This document shows, piece by piece, positions 24,533 through 38,753 of a DNA stretch of 55,570 bases. The notes under the pieces are model-generated. The model was not told the DNA's origin. It searched no databases and saw only the letters and a list, made by a program, of their open reading frames with translations. The stretch's first letter is position 1. The number at the start of each line of letters is the position of its first letter. A program made the position numbers and the translations under genes. Source of the stretch: Octopus bimaculoides (lineage: Eukaryota); NCBI RefSeq assembly GCF_001194135.2, contig NC_069002.1:19254481-19310050 (forward strand), written 5' to 3'.

Positions 24533-26712
24533 TTATCAATCAGTTTCATTTCTGTATTTCTTGTCCATAGAGAAAGAGCCGGACTCTAACATAGATTCAA
24601 GGCTCCCTCATTGGAACTTTTATCAACATCATCTAGGTATTTGTGCATATGTGTGTGTGTGTGCAGTATTTGGTGTTAGTGTATGCGCAGATTTATATGT
24701 TTGTTTTATGGATGCGTTTTTATGTCTAAATGCATGCATATGTATTTATGTGCTAAATTTTTGGAAAGTTTTACATGCAGATTTGTGAGTTTTGTTTCAC
24801 GTATGCATTCTCGTGCATATGGTTGCCTGTCGAGACATGCTTATGTATACTTAAATGTTTAACTTTTACTGATTTGTAGTTACAGTGATGGATTAGGTCT
24901 GTAGTCTTCGAATCTGATTTCTCATTTCTGGTTTTGAGAAGCTTAATTTCTCATGGTATTTAGGCAGTGTGTTACATATCCCAGTGCCCTAACACTTACA
25001 AGTATAAACCTGAAATTGCAATTTGGATAGAGTGTCTGCAGATTTCTCAATAGTTCTGCGTAGTATCTTTTACGTTAATTCTTAGCTTCATGTTAACATC
25101 CGCTGGGCAGCTGATTTCCACAACTGTACAGTTTCTCTTCTCTATCCCAAATGTCATGTCTATTATGTTTCCATTTTATAGATATTTTGATGAAACAATC
25201 CACCACAACTCCTTTTTATTATGTGTGGCTATGGCTTCCACCCTACTGTGGGTTCTTACTTGTTTCACATCGGGTTAACCTTCCTAGCTACAACACCACA
25301 TAACATCATTAGATTATACCCTGATGACATTTTTGGACAACTGTTTATGATGTGGGTGATATCTTCGGTGTTAACTCCACAAAGTCTACATCGGTGGTCA
25401 CATTTGCTGCTTTTCCCGTGTCTCTGTCCCATTTTTGCATCAGGTATTTGGTTAATATTTCCTGTCCGTGGATTACAAACGCATACCATTGAAAGTGGTA
25501 GGTAGTAATTCGGTTGCAGGTCCATGATAGAGCGCTTTGATGTTTAATGTTATTTTCATCTCGGAGCTTTCTACTAAAATATCCATGCATGGTCTTCTGC
25601 TGATATACGCTCATCCTGTCATCTAATGATATGTTGCAATAGAGTTGTGCGACTTCTTTGGACATATATTTAAGGTTATCAGTCAAGGAATGTTGCTGAA
25701 GAAGCTGCCTTCCAAGCTGGATGATGTTTTCAGCCTCATGTATGCGAACTTGGTCAACGGATGCACTTCGGCACTTGATGGTCAAAAGATGTTGCCAAAG
25801 GGATATGATGCGACATTCAAAGGCAGTCTGGGTCAATGTTCAACCTCTGCCACCTTAAATTCGTTTTAGTTAGAAGCGGTCTATGTCACTGTTGATGTGG
25901 AAATTATGTAGTCAGATATTTTCCGGGTTTTCACATCAATGGCTTGAAACTCATCAAGTGTCCAACGAAGTAGCCCAAATGTTAATATACATGCTCACAC
26001 ACACATTGTGGGCCACTGTTTTATTGAGTGCAGAGAGTTCAGAGGTCCTCATTTTCTTTACTTGGTTGTAATATTCTTTAGTGACACATGTTTTGTCTCA
26101 GGTGCCAATGTAACGTATATTTTCATCCACCCCTAGATACCTGTAACATTTCTCTTTAGATATAGGCGTAACAGTTAAATGATTGATGTAGATGTTATTA
26201 GTCTGATTTTCAGTTTTCCCTCTTTTCACAACCATACAGCAAATCTATGCTGACCAAACTCCTACTCTGTGTCCTTTGAGAATGTAACCAAGTAAAGGTT
26301 CTTTTGCATCTCATGCATATTCTTTGCCTTTAGTTTGAAGTAAATTAATCAGTATTCAATTCATAACTCCAAAAAAAAATGTTTTGTAATTACGTTTTCT
26401 TCTATAACTACAGCTAGCAAGAATCTGTTTACTTGTTGAGCTACTGTTTTTTTTTCTGTTCCTCGATTGTGCTGTTGTTGATATTGTGTCCAGCCATGTT
26501 GTTTTGTAGTAACTTTCTGCATGGTAAATTCAAGTTTCAGTCGAAAATCAATACGATCTTGCATAAAAAACCTCCCTCAGTTAATTCATCTGAAGATTAA
26601 CCAGTTATCTAACAGGACTGATAGATGTGACTTCAAAGTTGGAGATCGTATTCATCTTATTTTCGTTAAATAGTCTCCCATGCCAAATACGTTACTTGTC
26701 GCTTCGAATTCA
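24533..26712 (-). mobile_element. R4/Dong-like RLE LINE (subtype B), 5'-truncated; RT C-terminal half, CCHC knuckle, RLE and 3' UTR
   Basis: KLKAKNMHEMQKNLYLVTFSKDT..EFG, YRYLGVDEN, GGRG, CRLCGVNTEDITHIINSC, EISCPADVN; 3' UTR matches 29510-29760. The portion 26400-26712 is weakly assigned. Confidence 0.85.
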
Positions 26713-26761
26713 TGTATGTATGTATGTATATATGTATGTATTATGTATGTATGTATGTATG

Positions 26762-27620
26762 TTTTATTTCAAGATTTCTTGCCAATAGAGAAAGAACCGG
26801 TTTCTAATCTAGATTGAGTCTCCTTCATTGGAATTTCAACACCAACAACAGGGTATTTTTGTATGTATGTATGTATGTATGTATGTATGTATGTATGTCT
26901 GTATGTATGTATGTATGCATGCATGCATGTATGTATGTATGTATGTATGTATATGTGCAGATTTGTATGTTTGCTTTATGTATGATCCTCATGCATATAG
27001 CTGCATATCTAAACATGCTTATATATATTTAAATGATAAACTTCTGGAAAATTATACAGGTTTTTACAGTCCCAGTGATGGACTGGTATCTGTTGTCTTC
27101 GAATTAGCTTTCTCCTTTCTGGTTTTGAGAAGCTTAATTTCTCAAGATTGGTAATTTAGGCAATGTGTTACATATCCAAGGGACCAATAATTACAGGAAT
27201 AAACCTGGACTTGTAATCTGGATAGAGTAACTGAAGATTTCTCAATAGTTGCGTAAGTGTTCGCTTTTTTCCCTGATCATCAGCTTTATGTTAACATCCG
27301 CTCGGCAGCTAATTTCCACAACTGTAAACAGTTTCTCTTCTCTAACCGAAATCATTGTATCAGGTCTGTTGTGCTTACATTTTATTGAGCTCTTCACTTG
27401 GACATTCCACCAGTATTCCTTTTTATTATAAGTGGCTATGGCTTCTACCAATCAGTGGGTTCTTATTTCTTTGACCTCGGGGTTATCCTTCCGACCTATT
27501 TCATTATAGAGTGTTCTAGCCACGACATCATGTCTCATCGGTAGATAATACCGGGATGACATTTTCGGACAACTGCTTATGATGTGGGTGATATCTTCAG
27601 TGTGCACTCCACAAAGTCTG
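26762..27620 (-). mobile_element. R4/Dong-like RLE LINE (subtype A), 5'-truncated, with internal (TATG)n in the 3' UTR
   Basis: KEYWWNVQVKSSIKCKHNRPDTMISVREEKLFTVVEISCRADVN; EDITHII; (TATG)n at 26712-26761 and 27621-27805. Confidence 0.87.
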
Positions 27621-27805
27621 TATGTATGTATGTATGTATGTATGTATGTATGTATGTATGTATGTATGTATGTATGTATTTATGTGTGTATGTATGTATC
27701 TATGTATGTATGTATATATGTATGCATTTGTGTATATTTGCATGTATATATGTATGTGTGTGTCTGTATGTATGTGTACATGTATGTATGTATATATGTA
27801 TGTAT
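27621..27805. repeat. Degenerate (TATG)n microsatellite
   Basis: Direct reading. Confidence 0.95.
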
Positions 27806-28746
27806 GGACAACAATAACTAACAAATTAAAAAGAATACGGAAGGTTCGTTGTTATCGAGCCGTTCCATTTCGAAGTGGATCTAGCTGTCGCAGCCATATT
27901 TTCTCCTTGGTTTCTTCGAGGGTGTCATTGCAAGGTAGTCCCATTGCTAGATATCTAAGCTGATCAGGAAGTAATTCAGTGAGTTTTTATGAACAATATA
28001 GTCTTCTAATCAGAAATATTGATATAGAAGATAATGTGTGAACCAGATGTTATATTTCGTTTGTTTGTGCCACAATGGGAGTGAAGTGGACATTGCGATT
28101 GAGAAGTGATGTTAGTTTCATTCATTTGCCGTCAGTGGCCTCACAGACAAATACAGTGCGAAGACCATGCATTAAATAATTTCTTTAAATTACTTGCCAC
28201 TCAACTTCTTCATGATACTATTAACTCATTAAGAATTTATCCACGAAAGAGAGAAGCAAACATTGATGAATAATGCTCGAGGAAACCAAACAAAAGAAAA
28301 TGCAAGAGAGATAAATCGCAGCAAAACATTTCATTCGAGCAAAACTTAGCAGCTTCTACCAGCAAGAATCAACACGAAACAAACCGTGGGAAATTCTTTT
28401 AATGTTTATATTTGCTAATGGATTGCAGTGTAACACTGTTCAGGAAAACTTAATGCTAGAGCCATGCATTTTTGGATGGTTGAACATGAAAAAAAAAGAG
28501 GAATATAATGATATAAACGCATTGCAAACGTGGTATGTGATATGAAAATAGATTATAATGAAGCAAAGTATAGAATATAGAAAACTTTAGTAGTGTCATG
28601 TCTGAAGTGAAACATAGCTCGGAGACAATAGCATTTTAAATTATATAGTCGATATGTATGTATGTATATTTATATATATATTTACCTTCTGTATGTAAGC
28701 ACACACACGTATATACATACACACAAGTACATAATATATATATATA

Positions 28747-28795
<49 letters not shown>

Positions 28796-29118
28796 NNNNN
28801 NNNNNNNNNNNNNNNNNNNNNNNNNNNNNNNNNNNNNNNNNNNNNNNNNNNNNNNNNNNNNNNNNNNNNNNNNNNNNNNNNNNNNNNNNNNNNNNNNNNN
28901 NNNNNNNNNNNNNNNNNNNNNNNNNNNNNNNNNNNNNNNNNNNNNNNNNNNNNTATATATATATATATATATGCTTGTGTACATGTGTGTGTGCGTGTGT
29001 GCTATGTGTGTGAATAAGTATCTTTGTGGGTATACTTGCATATATATGTGCATATATATTTGCGTATGTAGTAGGGGGGGAGTGTCTGATACCTTTCATA
29101 CGGATGTAAGCAAGTGTG

Positions 29119-29169
<51 letters not shown>

Positions 29170-29509
29170 ATATTATATATGTAGTAACATAAGAGACTGC
29201 TGCTGGACAATGATTCTCTGTTATTAAATGTAATTTCAATAAAATATTTTCGAGATGAAGGCAAATCAATGTCGAGAGAGAGGCTGGTTGGTGAAATTAT
29301 TTTAAGAAATTATAAGAAATTCCGTCTTTTGCTACCAAAAACCGTTGCTGCTAGCTTCAATCTCATATGTGTCCATTTGTATTTGCATATTTTTTATATT
29401 TACACATATTTATGTTTACGATGTGCATGTGTATGTATATATACAAATGTATATACCTATGTATGTATGTATGTATGTATGTATGTATGTATGTATGTAT
29501 GTATGTATG

Positions 29510-30463
29510 TTATCAATCAGTTTCATTTCTGTATTTCTTGTCCATAGAGAAAGAGCCGGACTCTAACATAGATTCAAGGCTCCTTCATTGGAACTTTTAT
29601 CAACATCCTTTAGGTATTTGTGCATATGTGTGTGTGTGCAGTATTTGGTGTTAGTGTATGCGCGGATTTGTATGTTTGTTTTATGGATGCGTTTTTATGA
29701 ATATATTTTCATATCTAGATGCATGCATATGTATTTATGTGCTAAATCTTTGGAAAGTTTTACATATCTTTACAGTTCCATTGATGGCTTAAATCTGTAG
29801 TCTTCTAATCAGCCTTTTTCTTTCAGGTTTTGAGAACCCTAATTTTTCCAGGTTTTTGTTGAGGNNNNNNNNNNTTTTTCTTTCAGGTTTTGAGAACCCT
29901 AATTTTTCCAGGTTTTTGTTGAGGCAGTTTGTTAGATATACCAATGCCCCAACAATCACGGGTATGAATCTGAACTTGTAGTCTGGGTGGGGTATCTGCA
30001 AATTTCTCAGTAGCTCGGCGTAGTTATTCTCTTTTTCTCTATTCTTTAGTGTGATGTTGACATCCGCAGGGCAGCTGATTTCTACTACTGTACACAGTTT
30101 CTCTTCTCTGTCCCAGATTACTATATCCGGTTTATTATGTCTGCATTTTATTGAGGTTTTATTGGGACATACCACCAATACTCTTTCATATTGTGAGTAG
30201 TAATGGCCTCTACCTCATTATGGGTTTTCATCTCCTTAGCCCCGGGGTTATCCTGTCGGCGGATTTCATTGTACAGTGTCTTGGCCACAACATCATGTCT
30301 CATAGGTAGGTAATACCGTGATGGCATTTTTGAACAGCTGCTGATGATGTGGGTGATATCTTCCAGACTGATTCCACAGAGTCTGCATCGATTATTACAT
30401 TGTGGCGCTTTGCCCGCCTCTCTGTCCCGTTTGTTTATTAGGAATTTGGTTGCTATTTCTTGG
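29510..30463 (-). mobile_element. R4/Dong-like RLE LINE (subtype B), 5'-truncated
   Basis: CRLCGISLEDITHIISSC (CCHC), RHDVVAKTL, KPDIVIWDREEKLCTVVEISCPADVN (PD..E RLE), IPVIVGAL; (TATG)n on both sides. Confidence 0.9.
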
Positions 30464-31591
30464 TATGCATGTATGTATGTATGTATGTATGTATGTATGT
30501 ATGTATGTATTAAACACACACACATACCAAAAACAACCAATTTACCAGTCAATAAGAATGGTTTTTGATTGTTGTAGTGAAACCGACTTAAGGAGCGATA
30601 ATTTTGGGTTTCATTTATTTATCGTGGTTTTGTAAACTCTAGACAAGCCATGGCTGAGCAGACAGTAGTTTAAAAGCATTCCATGCTTGGCCATCTCATC
30701 GTAGTATATAGTATATTCCATTGTGCAACTTACCCTTCTACAATGAAGACGCTATTATGGTATTTTTTTAATATTAGGCTAATATTTCTAATAGCCAAGC
30801 AAACTCGTTGGTGGCTTGTTGTAGAGGTAATGGTTATGCTGATGATATTGGTGGTATTGGTGGAAGAGGAGGAGTAGGAGGCAGATGGATGTGGTGACTC
30901 GCTATATATTGCCTAATATATCCCTGTAAATTAGAAAAACATCGAATACACCGATCCAACATATCTCACGAATGATGTCCTGGTGACATCGAACATCTCT
31001 GTTCAACTTGTTAGGAATGTAATTAAATTGCTAATGCCCACCAGAAGTGATTTTGCATGTCCAATACATAAATACACGGCTACATACATGTACATTTATA
31101 TATATGTACACACACACACACATATATATATATNNNNNNNNNNNNNNNNNNNNNNNNNNNNNNNNNNNNNNNNNNNNNNNNNNNNNNNNNNNNNNNNNNN
31201 NNNNNNNNNNNNNNNNNNNNNNNNNNNNNNNNNNNNNNNNNNNNNNNNNNNNNNNNNNNNNNNNNNNNNNNNNNNNNNNNNNNNNNNNNNNNNNNNNNNN
31301 NNNNNNNNNNNNNNNNNNNNNNNNNNNNNNNNNNNNNNNNNNNNNNNNNNNNNNNNNNNNNNNNNNNNNNNNNNNNNNNNNNNNNNNNNNNNNNNNNNNN
31401 NNNNNNNNNNNNNNNNNNNNNNNNNNNNNNNNNNNNNNNNNNNNNNNNNNNNNNNNNNNNNNNNNNNNNNNNNNNNNNNNNNNNNNNNNNNNNNNNNNNN
31501 NNNNNNNNNNNNNNNNNNNNNNNNNNNNNNNNNNNNNNNNNNNNNNNNNNNNNNNNNNNNNNNNNNNNNNNNNNNNNNNNNNNNNNNNNNN

Positions 31592-31653
<62 letters not shown>

Positions 31654-32367
31654 GTTTGTATATATATATAGAATCAGCACACTGTAAAATGAAATTTATA
31701 AAAAACGCGACTTCGTAAAGAACAGCCTGGACAAATAACAATGACGACAACAACAGCGAATTAATCAGCCAGCTACTGTAATATACCACGTGACTTATTG
31801 TGTGCTAAGCATTTTTCTTTTCTCAAATCCACCATTTTGATAAGGAAATGCAAGCAAATAAATGCAGTTTTATTGTACAAAGGCACGAAATTGCCTAACA
31901 ACCTACATTCGATATTTTATTCATTTTTATAAATAACTCTTTTGTTCATCTCTATAGAATTTGTCTACAAGAAATGTTTGTTTTCTTGTAACTTTATCCG
32001 TTCTTTAGCTGAAGTTATTCCGGAAGAAATATTATATAGCTACACTCAAAAATAAAATAGATTAATGAAATATTTAATCTGTAAAAGCCATCGGCAAATG
32101 ATCTTAGATTACTTACAATATGCTTGAAGCAGAACTTGTGGATGGAGGTTCGGTGAATTAACAATCTATCTTCTACATTTATCTACCATCTACAATAAAC
32201 GGCTTCTACCATTATGATTATATAACGGCACGTTTCGATGCTGCTGCTGCTGTTGTTGATTACCATGTTTTAGTGATGCTGTGATGGTGGTGATGTTGTT
32301 GCTGCTCTTGCTACTACTACTACTACTACTACTGCTGCTGGTGGTGGTGGTGGTGGTGGTGGTGCTG

Positions 32368-32401
<34 letters not shown>

Positions 32402-32687
32402 CACTGCAGCTCCTGCTCGTTATATGTCTTCAATATTGTCTTCATGGTCCTATGTTTTCGTTCTCCTATCGTATCTTTTCCACAATCACTCTTCATCACT
32501 CTCCCACCCTTTCAGTCTCTCTCTCTCTCCCTTTCTCGTTGACGCGCGCACGCGTTCACACACACAAACACACACACACACACACACACACTTTCATTTC
32601 CCTCTATCGGATCGAGTGTGAATGCATACACATGTATGTGTCTGCTTACTGTACGTGTGTATGGTTGTATGTACGACCCCCCACACA

Positions 32688-32720
<33 letters not shown>

Positions 32721-33368
32721 NNNNNNNNNNNNNNNNNNNNNNNNNNNNNNNNNNNNNNNNNNNNNNNNNNNNNNNNNNNNNNNNNNNNNNNNNNNNNNNN
32801 NNNNNNNNNNNNNNNNNNNNNNNNNNNNNNNNNNNNNNNNNNNNNNNNNNNNNNNNNNNNNNNNNNNNNNNNNNNNNNNNNNNNNNNNNNNNNNNNNNNN
32901 NNNNNNTATATATGTATATATGTTTGTGTGTGTGTGCCTTTTTTCCATCTATCTGCTTCTCTTTATATCCATGCGTCACTTGCTTACTTTTTGGATTTCC
33001 ATTTTTCCATACACCTTGCTCTTTCTCACACTATCTCCCTCTCTATTTTACTCTCTCTCTCTCTCTCTCTCTCTATTTCTCTGTTTCCCTCACTTTCTTC
33101 ACCACTGTTTCAGCCTCCCACTATTCCTCCCCCTTGTTCTGGCCGGGACCAGTAATTACAATGCGTTACCTACAGCGAATGTTTGAATTAAGACAGAAAA
33201 CAGATAGGAAAGCGCTACGTAGATCGATTAATACATAAATAGATAACAGAATAGAATACAGAAGGAGAAGGGGAAGAAGTGAGAGAAGCAGAAGAAGAGA
33301 GAGAAAGTCAGCGTGAGAGGCATGGCAAACAGACAGATGGTGCATGTGAGTGTCTATGTGGGTGTCTG

Positions 33369-33417
<49 letters not shown>

Positions 33418-33441
33418 NNNNNNNNNNNNNNNNNNNNNNNN

Positions 33442-33477
<36 letters not shown>

Positions 33478-34333
33478 TTGATGGGCAAACAGTGTAACGA
33501 ACAAAATGGCAGATTGGTTTTTAAAGTATCACGGGAAAAAATTTAAAATAAAATATAAGCAAAACAAATATAATTTATTCATCTGTGTATTTCATAAGAC
33601 ACCAGATGAATGTAAAGATGAATGTAAAGGATTAATGGTGTGCATTTGTGTACGTGAACATTTGTCTGTATATATTTCACTGTGTGACTGTTGTGTCTAT
33701 GTATGCATGGATATATTTATGTATGTTTGAATGAGTCGAATGTATGCATATAATTTGAGTGTAGGTACCTGTCTGTGTGTGTGTTTTGTGTATGTATGTG
33801 TGTGATTCTGTGCGCCTGTATAAGAATTTGTGTTTGTGTATATTTGTATCAGTGTATGTATAGCAATATGTTTATGAGTTCATGTGTGTGTGAATCTGTA
33901 TCTGTGTGTATTTGCGTGTGATTGTGTGTGGATTTTACATAATTATGCGCACATGTATGTCTGCATGTGTATGAGTGTATGTGCTTGTGTATATATATGC
34001 ATGTGTATATATGGGTGCGCGCGTGTATGCACTTATGTATGAAGTTTGTCTTTCGCAGGTCAAGCGTCCACGAGGAAATGCATTTATACGCAGGCATCAA
34101 TGTGTAGATGTGTATGTTTGCAATGTGTACGAGTATGTCTTTGTGAATATTGTGCGCGTCTGTGAGTGTGTGTTCGCGCGTGTGTGTTCGCGCGTGTGTG
34201 TATACTGATATTCCAGGGCAAATATATGTTTGTTAGAAACCAGTTTTTTTGTCGCCTATGTTTATAACATGCCATAATTGCTAGAGGCGGGAATCGATGT
34301 TGTTGTTCCTGCTGTTGTTGCTCTTTCTAACAG

Positions 34334-34378
34334 GTCAGAAATGACCAGTTAACCTATGAACAATTTTGTTCCATCATT
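34334..34378 (+). CDS. Candidate 45-nt exon, EF-hand-helix-like peptide VRNDQLTYEQFCSII
   Basis: Acceptor ttgctctttctaacAG, donor ATT|GTATGA; only phase 0 is open; LTYEQFCSII resembles the exit helix of an EF-hand (inference). Confidence 0.28.
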
Positions 34379-34431
34379 GTATGAAGTATCCTAAACAGCT
34401 TAGTAAAGGATGACGATGGCAATGATGCTGC

Positions 34432-34474
<43 letters not shown>

Positions 34475-34736
34475 AGTGGTAGTGGTAGTGGTGGTGTTGG
34501 TGGTGATGTTGATGGCTACGATGATAACTATGTTGTTTGAGGTGGTGACATTCAAAAACGATAGTAAATTCCTACAATCTTCGTACCAATGGAGAAATAT
34601 TTGGCTGCTAATTCTAGCAGGTTGACCGACGTTCCTCAGAAACCGACCTTTAGATGTAAGACAGAGATTTCTGCTTTACTGATAGCTCTCAGCTTTTTCA
34701 TTGTATACAATGTATTATGTGGTGCAAGGCAGTGTA

Positions 34737-34801
<65 letters not shown>

Positions 34802-35127
34802 GGGGATGGTGTTGTTTGTGTATGATTAGTGACTGATTCATAGATTAAACCCTACTGCCGTTTCTATGGTTATGATAATATTTGTATTCTAACCGTTGAC
34901 GTAACTTCAGAGAACTAAATTACAATCAATTTCTGAAATATTTCCTGTTTTTACAATTTTGCACATTTTGTTCTTGAGAGTGATTTTAGCCATTAGAGTT
35001 TAATGATATGCTAATAATTGATCTCTTAATTACAATGGATATATTACACACTNNNNNNNNNNNNNNNNNNNNNNNNNNNNNNNNNNNTATATATATATAT
35101 ACATATATGTATATATATATGTATACA

Positions 35128-35181
<54 letters not shown>

Positions 35182-35787
35182 TATATATATATATGTATAA
35201 ATAATGTCTAGTTTATGTATATACATGTATACATGTTATATGTGTATATATTTATGTTTATGTGCATACAAATGTACACGCAATTTACACAGAAATGCAC
35301 GTACATGTACACACATACATACACACACGCATGCGCAAACACACACACATGTTCACACACAAGCACACAGACCGATGTGATAGAGAAGACTCTGGGGCAA
35401 TTGAAATTTTAATTGCTTACTTGCTGATCACGTGATTACATTAATTAGGGTTGGAAGCGAAAGCATTCATTTAAGCCTAATTAATAATATATTGGCATAT
35501 ACATAATTAATAATATTGCACGTTGACTAAGAATAAAGTACAAACTCACCTCTGTCACTTATATCTGGAAGACTTCCATTTTCGTTTAGAAAACCAAATA
35601 TTTACATTGTGATAGGAATAAATTAATAAATATGATTGTTTTGCTGGACGTGACGAAATGGCAGCGGCGAGGGTGGTGGTGATCATAATGATGACGGAAA
35701 TGACAATTAAGAAAAGGAGGAAAAATTGGAGAGAGAGCACGAAGTGAAACGGGGAAATGATAATAAAGGTAAAATAAAATAAACATA

Positions 35788-35977
35788 TTAACCCTTTCTA
35801 CTAAAGGCACAAGGCCTGCAATTTGGGAAGGGACAAATCGATTACATTAACCCAGTATTTCACTTGTACTTAATTTATCGACTTCGAAAGGTTGAAGGAC
35901 AAAGTCGACCTCGGCGGAATTTGAACTCAGAACGCCAAGGCAGATAAAATGACGCTAAGCATTTTGTCAGGCGTACC
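35788..35977 (-). mobile_element. tRNA-derived SINE (family 2)
   Basis: Minus strand has the A-box-like AAAATGCTTAGC and B-box GAGTTCAAATTCC (35916-35928), followed by GCCGAGGTCGACTTTG...CCTTGTGCCTTTAGTAGAAAG. Confidence 0.75.
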
Positions 35978-36719
35978 ATTTCCAACTTGTGGAAGTTGAT
36001 GACAAAATTTCTCAGCTAAGGAGTCGTTGTAGAGATGAGCTCGCATGGTATTAGAATGGAATTCAAACTCAATATGTGTGGTATATAGTGTACCTGAAAA
36101 GAGGCAAGGTATAGTCCCTAGCAGGGTTACAATTGCCTAATAGAGAACTGATTAAACCAATTGAATCGGAAAGCTACTAAAGTCAGTGGCTGTAGAGTTA
36201 TTTTTAGCAATAGGGTTGTGTGTACGTAGGTATCCCATACTCAGGGTATCCCAGTAACAACTGTAAGATTTTAAATTTCTTCGTATAATAATATTGTATA
36301 TGACTTGATATATTTGCCTTGACTTAATGTTTGACGTCCTGTTTAACTATTATATATCTGCTGCATATCGGAAATCTGCAATGTCTCCATAACTACCGTC
36401 TCGTTTATAACATTGCAGCCCCAGTAATCCGTTACAGCACTTACCTAATGTACCTAATCGTATGAATCACCTGTGAACAAACCCCCATACGTTATATATN
36501 NNNNNNNNNATATATATATTAATATGTCACATATATTTATACATAAATTCCTCTGTTTTACATAATATCGAGGTCTCATTCATTCTTTTGTTGTCAAATT
36601 ATTATTATTGATAAGTTACCTCTGGTATACCGCAGCTTTTTTCTCTAGAAGCTTATACAGCTTGTTTTGAAGATTTGCCTTAATTCAGTTGAGGACACAG
36701 CCCCGCAGAAGAATTTAAT

Positions 36720-38753
36720 ATGGACGCCTACAGTATCGATTATTCTCTGAAAAACATACCTATACCATCCAGGGAGCCATACTCTAAGAACCTTTCGGAG
36801 AAAATTACAGACCTTATTAAGCGTATGTGATGGAAAGCCTTTTTTTTTACTACATGGAAGAGGCTACTACAGAGAACATATTTTATGGAATCAAATCAAA
36901 GAAATTTCCTCCTAAATTCAAAGACTTAGAAGGCTTCGAAACGGAACTTTGTAAGTCTTTTAAGACTTTCCGACAAAAACTGAACAATGACATCAAATAC
37001 ATAAAAAGTTAAAAATAAAACGTAACTTTTTTCTGATAAAACTAAGAATTTATACCTTGTGGAAAACAGCACATACGACTTCTACATTACAACGTTATTA
37101 ATAATTACACTAAAGCTAGACCACAAGTTTATAACGACATTAATAAAGAAGCTAGCTTTATCGCCTCTAGGCTTAAATTAGTTAAAATAACAATAAAGGT
37201 CCTCCCCTTTATAACTATTAAAGTCCATAAAAAGACCTTCCTATCTAATCCTAAATGTAGACTTATTAACCCAGCAAAATCAGATATTGGTATTATTAGT
37301 AAAGAAATTTTAGGAAAAATCAATGCTAAAGTCAGAAATGCTAGTAGGTTAGTACAATGGTCCAATGGTATAGAAGTCGTTGACTGGTTTAAAGCCATTA
37401 GGAATACAAATAAAGCGAGAGTTACACAGTTTGATATTGTAGATTTCTATGCTTCTATCTCTAAGGAACTTCTCAATAAAACCCTCATCTTCGCAAGCGA
37501 ATTTATAGAAATCAGTACATAGGATAAGGACATAATCTTCCATGCTAGAAAGACTTTACTATTCAGTGAAAATGCAGAGTGGGTTAAGACAACCGATACA
37601 GAGGGTACCTTCGATGTGAGTATGGGGTCATGTGATGGAGCAGGCATATGCGATATCATTGGACTATTCCTACTCGATACGTTAGGTAAAACTTTTCTTG
37701 GTGTATATTTTGCCATTTACAAAGATGGTACTCTGGCTTTAACCGCAAACACCAATGGACCAGCGCAAGATCAGTTTAGGAAGGACAATATCCAAATGAT
37801 GAAAACATTCGATCTTTGTATAAGAATGGATATCAACCTGATGGTTGTCAATTTCCTTGATGTATCTTTAGATTTAAATAAGAATATTTACAAACCCTAT
37901 AGAAATCCCAACAATAGACTTAGCTGCATTAATGTATTTCCTGCCATAGTGTTTAAGAATTTAGTTAAAAGCATTAGCAAGAGAATTTCTAGCCTCTCCA
38001 CCGATATAAACATTTAATAGTGTTGCCCCAACATATAATAAAGCTTTATAAGATAATGATTTTTGCGAGGAAATAACCAACACAGAAAAGGAAAAATAGT
38101 AATAGGAAAATTATCTGGTTCACACCACCTTACTCCCCCGAAGGGATCTTTAATATACGTAGATATTGCTTATCACTTATAAATAGGCATTTTCCAATCA
38201 ACTATAATTATAGAAAGCTCTTTAATAGGTATAACTTAAAAATTAGTTTTAGTTTACTACTAACTTTAAATACATAAATGCACACAACAAACAAAAACAA
38301 CAAAATGAAGCCGGCTGTTCCTGCAGAGTTAAACATTTTTGCCCGCTAAATGGATCCACCGTAGACTCTACAACCACTAAGGACATAGTTTCGTTAAATA
38401 AATATGCGGGTCTCACAGAGGGAAATTTTAAAGCCAGATTCAACAATCACACCTTAAGCTTCACACACTGGGATAAAAGGAAAACAACCAAATTATCCAG
38501 TTATATATGGTCCTTAAAAGAAAAAGGTGTCAACTATAAGATTCACTGGAAGATCTTAGCCAAGTGTAAGCCTTGCACCAACGGCAGTGGAAAGTGTTAT
38601 ATTTGTGATATGGAAAGATGGCTTATCTGGAAAAGTTCTTTAGATCCTGCTACGTGTCTAAATTCAAGAACTGGACATTTTGGGTCATGTCCACATATGA
38701 CAAAACATTCGCTACGTTTTTGGACCTCCCAAGATCACAGATAGAACCTGCTT
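36720..38753 (+). mobile_element. Penelope-like element (Naiad-like), near full ORF, pseudogenised
   Basis: MDAYSIDYSLKNIPIPS, NPKCRLINPAKSDIG, FDIVDFYASISKELL, FDVSMGSCDGAGICDIIGLFLL, YKDG (decayed YRDD), NFLDVSLDL..YKPY, CSCRVKHFCPLNG, KYAGLTEGNFKARFNNH..LSSYIWSLK..W..CYIC; ends at a gap. The clade call is from motif resemblance. Confidence 0.88.

Noticed and set aside
27850-27990. Protein-like minus-strand stretch LTELLPDQLRYLAMGLPCNDTLEETKEKIWLRQLDP
   Set aside because: Only a vague gag-like resemblance, with no supporting neighbouring domains.
29815-29925. 50-bp tandem duplication around a 10-N gap
   Set aside because: Identical sequence on both sides of a nominal gap indicates an unmerged contig overlap.
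36644-36692. Antisense hammerhead-like motif upstream of the second Naiad-like ORF
   Set aside because: Core reads CTGAATT, GAAA is AAAA and stem I does not pair; too decayed to call.
36828-36830. In-frame TGA in the Naiad-like ORF as a possible selenocysteine codon
   Set aside because: It aligns to Arg in the copy at 1-830 (RIRW versus RM*W), the conserved Cys positions use TGY, and no SECIS was recognised.
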